A stretch of DNA of 64,000 bases from Octopus vulgaris (GCA_951406725.2 OX597831.1:2728001-2792000), one strand, 5' to 3'; numbered from the stretch's first letter, positions 15,550 to 27,740 are shown. Made by a program: numbers and translations. The notes: generated from the letters alone by a model not told the origin.

Positions 15550-16239
15550 TGAATTTAATCATCAGTGCATACCAGCAAATGGTTGTTTCACTATTTAAAT
15601 ATAGTCATAGACTGGCAATTTGATTCATCCCTGGTTTGGTTGATGTAAGTGACGTTCATAAGTCACAAAAATGGTAGAATATCGGTGTCCATCACTCCTG
15701 AATGGGATTGGAGGCAAGTTGTCTCACTTATCTATGTCCATGATGTTCGGGTGTTTTAACACCCAGTGCTATGAGGGAGTCGTCTCCAAAGTTCTAAAGT
15801 GCTATACCACAGCGTACCAGCAAACAAGTGAAACACATAGATTGAGTATGTGCAGTTGATAATACACACACATGCGTGTATGCACACACACATACATGCA
15901 TGCTTACACACACATGCATACACATGCACACACATGCATACACTCAGACACACACACATACATGCACAAATATACACTATTACCTGAAAAATAGTGTTTC
16001 TCCTTATTTATATAATACATTTATATAGTTATAGGAATATATATGTAACTATATATAATATAACTATACGTTACTACGTATAGGTATTTATATACTTGTA
16101 AATATATTTGTATAATATATTTATATGACCATGGTATGAATTTATATACTTGCAGTTGCATAATGCATTTTCTTTTACACATTATGTAAAGTATTTAAAT
16201 GCACTAAATTGTTCTAATTGCCATCCATCTAATGTGACA

Positions 16240-16860
16240 CTGACCAAAATGCTATCTGTAACGTGAATTTTGATAATGTGTTATAGCATTGATATCAAGA
16301 ATAAATTATGGAAACCACAGTTTGAATGTTTCAGAGGAGATCATTGGTTTTGTCCTCTGTATTAGCAAAAAAAAATTGCACAATCCTCTGTCATCATAAA
16401 ATCAGTAGTAAATCCCTTTCTATAGCCAAGCTATTAGCTTGTGCAGAGTTAAACACTTTCTTCATTATTACATCAACAACTATATTGCATAACAAAGGTT
16501 AGAGGACATAACATTAACTAACTCCTAGTCAGATTGGAAAATAGTATTATATTAGATCTTGGATCATATCTAGAGGAAAACGAAATTGTTGTGTAATTGG
16601 ATATCGAAAATAGAATTGCTTTAGCTTCTCCAGTCTTTGGTCTCTTTAATTGGTGCATTTGGAAACATCAGAACATCTCATTGCACAATGAAATCCACAT
16701 CTATATTGATCAGTTTGTATTGCTTGTATTGTTGTATGGTACTGTATAGACATAGGCATTATGCTGGAGTTATTTGACTATGTTTGTAGTCTTTCGAGCA
16801 GGATGAAGTCAGTGAATCATCTGAGTATTGTAAATTAGTAAATTAACTTCTGCAGAATGG
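16240..16860 (+). mobile_element. Old, highly decayed RTE-like RT C-terminal fragment
   Basis: Manual translation gives LGSYL, DIENRIALASPVFG, IWKHQNISL and VLLYG, with stops. Confidence 0.6.
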
Positions 16861-16900
16861 CTACGTTTGAGAAAAAATGTTTTTTATCAGACAACGATTT

Positions 16901-16936
<36 letters not shown>

Positions 16937-16972
16937 GTGTGTGTGTGGTGTGTGTGTGTGTATCCTCATCTT

Positions 16973-17011
<39 letters not shown>

Positions 17012-17199
17012 CTTAGAATAACTTAGAAAGGTTTTGGCCAGTATTGGCCCAGGCCATGTCTAACTTAATAGCACCACCTGGCTATTATATATATATATAT
17101 ATATATATAACGGGAAGGTTTACGAAAATAAACAAAAGATGAAGGCAGTACAAACAAACAAATGTATTAGTATGGCGCTCAGGAATAGAAATAGAACAA

Positions 17200-17240
17200 G
17201 TCTTTTACGTTTCGAGCCTACGCTCTTTGACAGAAAGATA
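17200..17240 (-). ncRNA. Non-canonical hammerhead-like motif in a Penelope-like fragment
   Basis: Minus strand reads TCTTT-CTGTCAAA-GAGC GTAG GCTC-GAAACGTA-AAAGA. Stems I and II pair, but the core deviates from CUGANGA. Confidence 0.45.
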
Positions 17241-17441
17241 CACAGAAAAAAACAAGGAGAGAAACAAGGAGAGGAAAAATATACATATATATATATACAT
17301 GCAATAGTGTGGTAAAACGTTTGCTTCCAACCACATGGTTCCATGTTTAGTCCCACTTCATGGCACCTTGGGCAACTGTCTCCTACATTAGCCACAGGCT
17401 GACCAAAGGCTTGTGAGTGGATTTGAAACAGAAAGAAGCCC

Positions 17442-17501
<60 letters not shown>

Positions 17502-17671
17502 GATCGAATGAAAAGACAACAAATGGAAAATATGACATACCTATATATGTAACTAAAAAAAAAAACTGTATTCTTTTATTCTTTTATTTGTTTCAGTCAA
17601 TGCTGGAGCACCACCTTTAGTCGAGCAAATGCATATGTGTGTGAGTATCTCTCAGAATTATGTATGTGTAC

Positions 17672-17718
<47 letters not shown>

Positions 17719-17825
17719 TAAGAGAGTGACCACCATGTGATCCGGGTTTTTATGCACTAAGCCACCTGGTGGTAAATGGATGTGCTATTAAATTAGTACC
17801 CAATTTTCTCACCCTTATCGGTTGA

Positions 17826-17877
17826 TTAAACCCACCTGAAGAATGTCAGAAGACAGGAAACAATTGTAGTGGTTAAT
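17826..17877 (+). ncRNA. Minimal type-I hammerhead ribozyme (Penelope-like element)
   Basis: CCAC(17832-35)-CTGAAGA-A TGTC AGAA GACA G-GAAAC-AATT-GTA(17868)-GTGG. The core is intact, with an A.G mismatch at the base of helix II. Confidence 0.75.
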
Positions 17878-17959
17878 TTATATTATAATTTATATTAAAA
17901 TTTTATGTATTGATTAATTCTTTCGTTGTTTGATTTGTAAAGTAGTGGTTTTGTCTCGA

Positions 17960-18020
<61 letters not shown>

Positions 18021-18265
18021 GTATAATATTTTATATAGATATATATTAATATATATAAATTTATATATGTATATGTGTAAGTGTTTGTATTTTGATGAGT
18101 GTGCATATATGTGTTTGTAAACGTTTGTTTTTTTTTGTATGTATATAATGTTTATATTTACATGTCACATGTTTGAGTGGAAACACCCGTGTCCATATAA
18201 ATACATTTCATTTTGTTGGACTTTCTTTTTCGGTTAGCATGTTTTTTTGATGAGCTTGTTATCAT

Positions 18266-18356
18266 AAATCTCCTGAAGAGATTGGTACACTGCTGACCAT
18301 TATGTATCCTGCCAGACATTTTGGAATGTCCCCGTTGAAACATATGTAGAAGACTT
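18266..18356 (+). ncRNA. Minimal type-I hammerhead ribozyme with extended helix II
   Basis: TCTC-CTGAAGA(18273-79)-GATTGG...CCGTT-GAAAC-ATAT-GTA(18348)-GAAGA. The core is intact and the stems are partly decayed. Confidence 0.65.
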
Positions 18357-18398
18357 CATGACATCAATGGATTAACATCTTAAGTGTTCGTACCTTTT

Positions 18399-18432
<34 letters not shown>

Positions 18433-18472
18433 CAAATGAAAGATAGAAGATGGAATATATGAGAATATATTG

Positions 18473-18580
18473 TTAACACAACAATTGTTTTGACACATTT
18501 TGCAGTGACTCCTCTTGTGGGACACACAAAAACTGGTTCAGGAGTATCCGGTGGTGCAGACATATCTCGTCGGGTGATAA
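18473..18580 (-). ncRNA. Inactivated hammerhead ribozyme with long helix II
   Basis: Minus strand reads TTATCAC-CCGACGA-GATATGT...ATGTGTC-AAAAC-AATT-GTT-GTGTTAA. Core changes are U4C and G12A, the latter compatible with CpG decay. Confidence 0.6.
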
Positions 18581-18982
18581 ATAATTAAAAAATCTCGTTA
18601 AAATGACTGTTCCATAATGCACCTTTCCATTTTGCAGGGAGAAAAACAGCCAGACGGAGGAAAATTCTTCATATATATGGAAGATCCAAAAATAAAATTG
18701 TAGAAGACAAAAAGAGAAACAAACACTTAATCCATCAAGAAAAAGTATTGAAAATAACCGTTAACCAATATGGATGTATAAACGCCCTGGGGCAAGTAGT
18801 ATGGCATGAGGTTCACAGTTATTCAACTATCTCTTTCACATTCATATATTAACAATTTGATTCTTAATTATAAAAAAAATATGAAACCATTATTCTATGC
18901 TAATTTAATTAATTTTGTCAAGCTCCCTTTTCTGTTTGTAATTGTTTTTTTTTATTTTTAGAGGTACTGTGAAGTGTGAGCC

Positions 18983-19347
18983 ATGGCAAACAATTTAAAT
19001 CAAGAGCAAAGAAAGTGGATACTAAAGCAGTACTGGAAGTCTGAAAATGCCGAGCAGGTGCACACAGCATGACAAGAAGCCTTTTGCAACTCCTCCACCT
19101 TCACACCAGACAATTTATCAGATAAGAAATAAATTTGATACCACAGGTTCAGTGAGTAATGTACCAAAATCTGGATGCTGTAAGACTTCTGGGACTGAAA
19201 AAAAAAATGAGATGTTAGTGGCTACATTTGTGAACAGTCCACAGAAGTCCACACTAGAACTATCCATACCAAGAACATCAATGTAATAAAATGTTTTAAA
19301 AGAAATTTAAAGTGCCTACATGATAACTGTAAATCTACTTTTGGGCC

Positions 19348-19352
<5 letters not shown>
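18983..19352 (+). mobile_element. Tc1/mariner-superfamily transposon remnant (DUF4817-type HTH N-terminus) with right TIR
   Basis: Translation reads MANNLNQEQRKWILKQYWKSENAEQV..*..FATPPPSHQTIYQIRNKFDTTGSV..PKSG..SPQKST. It ends CTTTTGGGCCACCC followed by (TA)n. Confidence 0.75.
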
Positions 19353-19384
<32 letters not shown>

Positions 19385-19608
19385 TCATTTAGCGTCCGCT
19401 TTCCATGCTAGCATGGGTTGGATGGTTCAACTGGGGTCTGTGAAGCCAGAAAGCTGCATCAGGCCCAGTCTGATCTGGCAGTGTTTCTACGGCTGGATAC
19501 CCTTCATATATATATATATATATACTCAAAATAAGCAACAAGAATGACTCCGGTAATTTGGTACGATCGTTTGATATGAAAATTTTTGTATTAATGGAAA
19601 ACCTGTAT

Positions 19609-19698
19609 AATTGGCTGATGAGTGCTCAGCATTTTAAAATTGTTGTAATACTTACAACATTTAATAAAATGATGTAGTACGAAACGATCGTACCAAAT
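19609..19698 (+). ncRNA. Canonical-core minimal type-I hammerhead ribozyme with a 59-nt helix II hairpin
   Basis: TTGG(19611-14)-CTGATGA(19615-21)-GTGCT...AGTAC(19622-80)-GAAAC-GATC-GTA(19692)-CCAA. All conserved core nucleotides and G10.1-C11.1 are present. Confidence 0.85.
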
Positions 19699-20074
19699 TC
19701 TTGTTGCTTATTTGGATTCTTGTTGCTTATTTGGATTATAATCATCCAACGGATTTTTATGGATAACACCATACAGAATTCTGGTGCATCTAAATTAAGT
19801 ACCATATTCATTTGAATCTAATTTTTTGCTGAACTTATATATATATATATAGGGAGAGAGAGAGAGAGAGAGAGGAATAAGAAAATGGAGGGGATCAATA
19901 GGTGATATTCATTAACTTTTAGACATTATATTATGTCAGTGTATTTATTTATTTACTAAAATGACAATTATAACAATATACATACATGTATAACATATTA
20001 TGCTTTACATATAAAATATATAAAGATACCAGTAATTATTAAAATATATAATATACAGGAATAGAAATTGGGAT

Positions 20075-20205
20075 AATATCTTACAGCTGTTTCAGCCAAG
20101 AGGTAAAAATACCTCATTCTGCCTTTATCCCTTCAGTAGACTGAAGTAATTAGTGAATGAAATTGAGATACTTGGGTGTTTCTCTAGGCTTCATCAGAGG
20201 TTTTA
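20075..20205 (-). ncRNA. Minimal type-I hammerhead ribozyme with a ~97-nt helix II domain
   Basis: Minus strand reads AAAACCT-CTGATGA-AGCCTAGAG...CTCTTGGCT-GAAAC-AGCT-GTA-AGATATT. The core is intact and stem I is imperfect. Confidence 0.75.
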
Positions 20206-20320
20206 GAAAGTACATAAGGTTATGTGTGTGTGTGTGTAAATATGATAATTAAGTAACCAGATGATGAATTTTTCTTTTTTTTTTTTTTGCTCAGTAAGTG
20301 TTATTTCCTATTTGCCTCTA

Positions 20321-20683
20321 TCTAGAAATCAAGAGGAAATTATTGCTATTCCCTTCCAACTTTGCTTTTGTGACCTGGACATCAATGTTTTGAAACTGAC
20401 CTATTTTCCATTACATTTCAGACAGACTCAGAGCTGAGTTGCTGAAGCAGAAATATTGTTATTGCAAATATTCTGCTCAATAACACAGATTTGCTTGTCA
20501 ATTGCTTGACCTTAACTACTTGAGCATGTCCCTTAGGGACTGACAATATGAGCGTTTCTGATCATGAGAAGAAATAGTGAGGGAGCATCATAGCAATGTG
20601 TTGAGAGGGATTCTACCAAGTTTGAACAAATCTAACAAAAGCAGAGTTTGAGGGAAATATTAGCCATATTTCATACTTTCTAG
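20321..20683. mobile_element. Degenerate element with long terminal inverted repeats (MITE-like)
   Basis: The left end CTAGAAA..GCTATTCCCTTCCAACTTTGCTTTTGT resembles the reverse complement of the right end, CTAGAAAG..GCTAATATTTCCCTCAAACTCTGCTTTTGT. Confidence 0.5.
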
Positions 20684-21389
20684 GGACAAGCAAATGGGAA
20701 ACAGCAGTTGCTACCCTAGGACAAAAATCATGATACCTAATGTAATCTGGACCTAGATTTGATAATGTGGTCCTAAATGCTATGCATGCCTGAAAAAATA
20801 ACAGAGACATGACTGGCATAACTGGAACTTGTTTAATTGTGTGTCTGCATGAATAATGGCTGAGATGAAGCTAAGTAACAACAACAACAACAACTGCAAT
20901 ATTTTTCTGTACATATAAACTCTACTAACCCATTTACGTGTGTTGTAGAGATCAAAGAAGCTTTATGAAAAAAAAATTATGTTTGTGTACCTGAAGGTAA
21001 AAATATTAAAAAACAGTGAATATTTAGAATGAGATTAATAGAAAAAAACAATAATGGATGAAATACAATGTCAAGGTTATGTGTTGTTTTTGAAAACAAA
21101 CAAAGTTGGCGGTGGCAGGGTTGGGGTGGGGGGGTGTGATGTAGGGAAATAAAAACAAAAGAGAAAAAAACGGAAAAAAAGAAATCTACATTTCCAAGAG
21201 AGAAAAAAAATGTACAAAAAAAAACAATGGAAAGCAAAGAACGGAATCGAATCATGCTTCCTTCCATTGTAAAGTAGTTTTAAGTAATTTGAAATAACCA
21301 AAACCAATTATTTGGATGATGTTATTAAAAGAAAAAAAAAGAATGAAGACTATATAATAAAAAAAATCTTGGTAATAATGATGATGATG

Positions 21390-21421
<32 letters not shown>

Positions 21422-21554
21422 AATGATAATAATCACAACTTATTGATTTTGTTTGTGGTGTGTTTTTCAGTTGTCTATTTGTGTGTGTGAATGTTACGTG
21501 TTATGTCCGTATGATGTGTGTGTGTATGTGTGTATGTATATGTGTGCATATTTG

Positions 21555-21586
<32 letters not shown>

Positions 21587-21591
21587 CATGC

Positions 21592-21631
<40 letters not shown>

Positions 21632-21697
21632 ATATATAAATGTATGTGTGCATATATGAGTTGTATGTATGTATGTATGTATATATGTATGTACAAG

Positions 21698-22300
21698 TGT
21701 GGCTGTGTGGAGGAGTAGGTGTAGCAATGTGGTAAGAAGCTTGCTTCCCGGGCCAAATGCTTAGTGGTATTTCATCTCCCATTACGTTCTGAGTTCAAAT
21801 TCCACCAAGGTCAACTTTGCCTTTCATCCTTTCGGGGTCGATAAATTAAGTACCAGTTACACACTGGGGTCGATGTAGTTGACTTAATCCCTTTGTCTGT
21901 GCTTGTTTGTTCCCTCTGTGTTTAGCCCCTTGTGGGCAATAAAGAAATAAGAAGCTTGCTTCCCTACCATATAGTTCTGGGTTCAGTTCCTACTGCATGG
22001 CACTTTCGGCAAATGTCTTCTACAAGAGCCTAATACTGTCCAAAGCCTTGTGAGTGGATTTGGTTGACAGAAACTGAAAGAAGCCCATTGTGTGTGTGTG
22101 CGTGTGTGTGCATGTGTGTGTCCCCATCACCACGTGATAACTGATGTTGGTGTGTTTACATCCCTGTAACTTAACAGTTCACCGAAAGAGACCAATAGAA
22201 TAAATATCACGCTAAAAGTTTGATTCATTCAACAAAAATTCTTCAAGGCAGTGCCCCAGCATGGCCACAGCCTACTGACTGAAACGAGTCAACGATAAAA
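21698..22300 (+). mobile_element. SINE family A with a nested family B SINE (21750-21947)
   Basis: The nested insertion is flanked by a 17-bp TSD TAAGAAGCTTGCTTCCC at 21733-21749 and 21948-21964. Confidence 0.88.
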
Positions 22301-22519
22301 GATATAGTTCCCTCTATTACTTGTGTCAGTAACTGGACTGCAGCCATGCTGGAGCACTCATTTGAAGGGATTTCAGTCAAACAAATTAAGCCCCATGCTT
22401 ATTTTATTCTGTCAGTCACTTTTGCCAAACTGCTAGATTATAGGGGACATAAACAAACCAACATTGATTGTCAAGTGGGGGTGGTGGTGACAAACACAGA
22501 CACAGAGACACACATATAT

Positions 22520-22581
22520 AGTAGTAACAGTAGTAGTAGTAATAACAGTAGCAGCAATAGCAACAGCAGTGGCAGTAGTGT

Positions 22582-22661
<80 letters not shown>

Positions 22662-22892
22662 CCACCACCACCACCACCACCACCACCACCACCACCACCA
22701 CCAACAGTTGTAGCAGCAGCAGTGGATGTGGTGGTGGTGGTGGTGGTGGTAGTAGTAGTAGTAATGGTGGTGGTTGTAGTAGAAATGGTGGTGGTGGTCA
22801 TGGTAGTTGTAGAAGCAGCATCCTCATCACCGCAAGTAACATCAATAGCGTCAGTAACCATAGTGGTGGTGGTGGTGGTGGTTGTAGCAGCA

Positions 22893-22985
<93 letters not shown>

Positions 22986-23040
22986 GGTGGTGGTAGTGGT
23001 AGTAGTAGTAGTAGTAGCAGTAGTAGTAGTAGTAGTCTGC
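22520..23040. repeat. Compound (AGT)n/(ACC)n/(GGT)n/(AGC)n microsatellite
   Basis: Directly visible. Confidence 0.95.
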
Positions 23041-23531
23041 TGCCGGTTATGGTTGCATTGTGTGCTGCTTAAAAAAAGAAAACAGTTGCTGGTTGTAATT
23101 GTTCTTTGTGACTGTTGTCTATGTTTTACAATTTCACTGTTAATTACCAGTTGCACTGTGAGGTGGCCACGCACAGCTTGGCTATGATTATTATCTATTA
23201 TTACTGCAATGGCTGTGGTTGTTGTCATCATTGTTGTCGCTATTGTTTAGCCCCAGGCCAGCTCTGGTCAGCTGTTTGATCAATAGTGTTTCAATTGTGA
23301 TCATCAGGTACAAAAATGGCTGTGTGGTTAAGAAGCTTGTTTTGCAACTAGATTGGGTTCTGGTTCAATTCTCCTCTGCAGTACTTTGGACAAGTGTCTT
23401 CTACTATAGCCCCAGGCTAGCCAGTTCCTTGTGAGTGAATTTGGTAGACAGAAAAAGTATGAAAGTGTGTAATATATGTATATATTCATGATGATCCATA
23501 CACACACACACACACATATATGTATGTATCT

Positions 23532-23857
23532 ACTGAAACCCCCTTCGGTCATGACTGACCATGGGATTGCACCCTCCCAGGCACAAGTCCAGGCAAGGTT
23601 GTTTATGGAAGACCAGCAATCGCCCATGCATACCGGCCTCCCCTCTCCACACCACCAGTGTTATCCAAGGGAAAGGCAAAGGCTGATACAGCTTGGCACC
23701 TGTGATGTCGCAACTCATTTCTACAGCTGAGTGAACTGGAGCAATGTGAAATGAAGTGTCTTGCTCAAGATCACAACACGCAGCCCGGTTCAGGAATAGA
23801 ACTCACAACCTCACAATCGTAAGCTTGACTCCCTAACCACTGAGCCATGCGCCTTCA
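23532..23857 (-). mobile_element. tRNA-derived SINE, family C
   Basis: The minus-strand head reads GAAGGCGCATGGCTCAGTGGTTAG...GAGTTCTATTCC, then CTTGAGCAAGACACTT..CCAGTTCACTCAGCTG. Related heads lie at 32520-32652 and 45260-45360. Confidence 0.8.
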
Positions 23858-23924
23858 CATGTATGTATATGTATATATAATATATATATACATATACAGG
23901 CATATTTATATATATATATATAGT

Positions 23925-24700
23925 AGTTAGCTTCCATTACCTAGTAGTTAGCTTCCAGTAGCGGAGGTGGATGCTCCAAGAGTGTAGCTGCTAGAAAAAG
24001 AATAGGCTGGGCAAAGTTCAGAGAGCTCCTACCTCTGTTGGTAACAAAGAGCCTCTCTCTCAGAGTCAAAGAGTGAAAGGTAGATTGTATGATGCCAATA
24101 TATGAACAACCATGCTACACGGCAGTGAAACATCAGGCATATGTAGGCACTGAGGACATGCGTAAGCTTGAAAGAAATTATGCTAGCATGCTTTGCTGGA
24201 TGTGCAATATCAGTGTGCATGCACAACAGAGTGTAAGCATCTTGAGAGAAAAGTTGGGCATAAGAGGCATCAGATGTGGTGTGCAAGAGAGAAGACTGCA
24301 CTGGTGTGGTCATGTGGTGCATATGGACAAGGACTGCTGTGTGAAGAAGTGCTGAACTCTAACAGTGGAGGGAACCTGTGGAAGAGGTAGACCCAGGAAG
24401 ACATGGGACGAGGTGGTGAAACATGATCTTGGAACGGCGGACTTCATGGAGGCAATGACAATATGCCATGCTTGAGAAGACCCGTCAAGCCAAGTGCAAT
24501 CGTCTTTACTGGCATGTAAAAAGCACCCTTGAATGCTGGGTGATATGCTACGCTTGAGAAAACCCATGAAGCCAAGTAAAATCCTTGTTGTGACTGGCAC
24601 CCATGTTGTGTGACTGGTACATAAAAAGCACTGTTTGAATGTTGGGTGTCATGGAGACAGTGACAAGTGATTGAGACCTTTGGCATTACATCATGCTTTA
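23925..24700 (+). mobile_element. RTE LINE 3' fragment, decayed
   Basis: EDMRKLERNYASMLCWMCNISV...RCGVQERRLHWCGHV is homologous to 13624-14157. Confidence 0.85.
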
Positions 24701-25303
24701 AGGTGGCACGCTGGCAGAAACGTTTGCATGCCGGGCAAAATGCTTAGTGGTATTTTGTCTGTCTTTACGTTCTGAGGTCAACTTTGCCTTTCATTCTTTC
24801 AGGATTGATAAATTAAGTACCAGTTGCATACTGGGGTTGATCTAATCGACTGGCCCCCTTCCCCAAAATTTTGGGCTCGCACACCTACCCTAGAATGTCA
24901 TTCTAAAAATAAGCAATCACATCATCAAAATCTCGAAGCTATGAGCTAATGCATGGTTTATTCAAAACAATGTGAATGAATAAGCATTAAAAGAGTAATC
25001 TGAATGCTAAAGAGTTAAACTAACAAAGAGCGGGCTACTCCACCGCTCAAACCCACATGGTGCATTCTCTTTTCCCTCTCTACTTTCACCTAAATTACCT
25101 CCCCTCATTTTCTGCTGAATCGTCAGATACATAGATAATTTATTATGGATTGTGAGTGAATAAAACCTACAATAAATCCGTACTCAATGTCTTTCTTAAT
25201 TCATTGAACTTGTATAAAAGCTGTTTCTAAAATATGCTCCAAATATTTTATTCTAACATATATGTATATATGGACACGTATGTGTATGTATGTATAAGAA
25301 TGC

Positions 25304-25345
<42 letters not shown>

Positions 25346-26022
25346 ATGTGTGTATGTGTGTGTGTGAGTGTGTGTTACTTTAAAGTATGTGTACAGTAAA
25401 ATCTCAACAATTTCGAGTTGGTTCATCTATCAATTTTATCAACTTCAAAAGAATCTTTAGATGTTCTCACAATATTTCTAAATTCCTCAACCACACCACC
25501 AGCATCACCAGCCTCCACTCCCACCACCATCACAAGCCCCAGCACACAAACCAGCCCACAACCACCAGCACCCACCGCCATCAGTATCCACCACCACCAC
25601 CAACAACCAACAACTACTACCACCACCACCATCCCCATGCTTTGCAGTTTGAAAATTCACACACACACATGCAAACATATTATGCATATACACCTAACTC
25701 ACAGACATAAACGCACACACGTACACACACACACACGTACACACACACAGACATAATCATGCACATATACAACACACATGTATATCCTTACAGTGATGCA
25801 TACTGACACAGACTTTTACATATATATATATTATTTACACAAATATATGCTATCATATACAATTTTGTTATTTTGAAGTTTGATGTATATTTTGGAATAA
25901 ACTTTTATTTAACTATATTCATGTAATATACCATATCGAACTAAAGATTTCTGTCTATTGATTTGTACTGATAGTCCTGCTCCTGCTTTCACTCTTGCTT
26001 ATTTCAAGTTGCTAAATTAAAG

Positions 26023-26410
26023 ATGGAAAAAATAAATCACAAAATTTGCGCAATCTTAAGTATTAGAATTCCATATGGAATGCAAAACAGTTTAAAACTA
26101 CTAGTAATAACTGCTTACAATGTCAACCAAGTGTTTGACCACAAGACCATCAATGAATGTATAGCTGTCTGTTGGTTCCAAAAATTTCCAAAAAGCAATA
26201 AGAATTGAAAGACAAGGCAAGTTCTCAAAAAGGAAAGTTCTCAACACTTCTTCCATCATCATTGCAGTGCTTGGATCCAATTGGTGAAGAGGCTTTTATC
26301 TTGTTGGTTAAAAATGTCATCAACAGCAGACACAACATCAACATCACTGCAATACTGGTTCCCAGCCAAGTGTTTTTTCATGTTGGAGAACAGACGATAG
26401 TCAGATGTGT
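26023..26410. mobile_element. Two mariner transposase remnants (N-terminus on +, C-terminus on -)
   Basis: Plus strand gives MEKINHKI...NQVFDHKTINECIAVCWFQKF. Minus strand gives SDYRLFSNMKKHLAGNQYCSDVDVVSAVDDIFNQQDKSLFTNWIQAL. Confidence 0.7.
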
Positions 26411-26705
26411 TGAAATATAAACATCATTTGGTGACATTCCAAATGGTCAGCCAAGGAACTTTTCAGCTGACCCTTGTATATGTAATGGGCTTCTACTCAC
26501 AAGTTTTGGTTGGCCCAAGGCTATAGTGGAAGATATTTGTCCAGTATGCTGTGTAGTGGGACTGAACCCAAGACCCTATGGTTAGGAAGCAAGCTTCATG
26601 ACCACACAGCCATGCTTGAAAAGAATGGTTAAATGGTTATTGTCACTGTTTTACATACATACATACATATATACATATTTACACACACACACACACGTAT
26701 ATACA

Positions 26706-26736
<31 letters not shown>

Positions 26737-27437
26737 CATCATCATCATCATCATTTAGCATCCGTTGTCCATGCTGGTGAAGGTTGGATGGTTTGACCAG
26801 GGCTGGCAAGCTGGAAGGCTGCACCAGACCCCAGTCTGATTTGAAAAGGTTTTCTACTGCTGGATGCCCTTCCTAACGCCAACCATTCTGAGAAGGTAAT
26901 GAGTGCTTTTATGTGCCATTGGCATGGGTGCCATTTGCATGACCCCGGTATCTGTCATGACTGTGATTTTACTTGGCTTCATGGATTTTTTTCTCAAGCA
27001 TGACATAATACCAAAGGTCCTGGTCATTGCCTCCATGAGGCCCAACATTCAAAAGGAGCTTTTCATGTGCCACTGGCATTGACCTGTTTGACTCCATGAA
27101 GCCCAATGCTTGAAAGGTGCTTTTTACTTGCTACAGGCACAGATGCCAGTTATGTGACACCAGCATCAGCCACGACTATAATTTCCCTTGGCTTGATGAG
27201 TTCTGAAGCACAGCATATCACCAAAGGTCTTGGTCACTTGTCATTGCTGCTGTGAGGCCCAAAGTTCGAAGATAATTCTTCACTAACTCATCCCATGTCT
27301 TCCTGGGTCTACCTCTACCACAGATTAACCTCTACCATAGGTTCCCTCCACAGTTAGAGATCAGCACTTCTTTACACAGCTGTCCTCATCCATATGCATC
27401 ACACATGACCATACCAGCACAATCGTCCCTCTTGCAC
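26737..27437 (-). mobile_element. RTE LINE 3' fragment with (GAT)n tail
   Basis: Has the same terminus and HMDEDSCVKKC coding remnant as other copies. Confidence 0.82.
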
Positions 27438-27541
27438 ACATAAATACATACATATACACACACACGCATACATACATACATACACACACATACATACATA
27501 CATACATACTTACATACACACATACATACATATATACACAC

Positions 27542-27572
<31 letters not shown>

Positions 27573-27705
27573 TACATACATACATACATGCATACACACA
27601 TACATACATACATACATACACACATGCATACATACATACACACACACACACATACATACATACATACATGCATACACAGATACATACATGCATACACACA
27701 TACAT

Positions 27706-27740
<35 letters not shown>

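Noticed and set aside
19047-19286. Host gene exon (good AG acceptor at ~18962)
   Set aside because: The peptide is a transposase N-terminus with an in-frame stop and frameshift, followed by a TIR.
17826-19698. Retrozyme (tandem LTR-like repeats each with a hammerhead)
   Set aside because: The hammerhead-bearing islands are not repeats of one another, so there is no monomer unit bounded by identical ribozymes.
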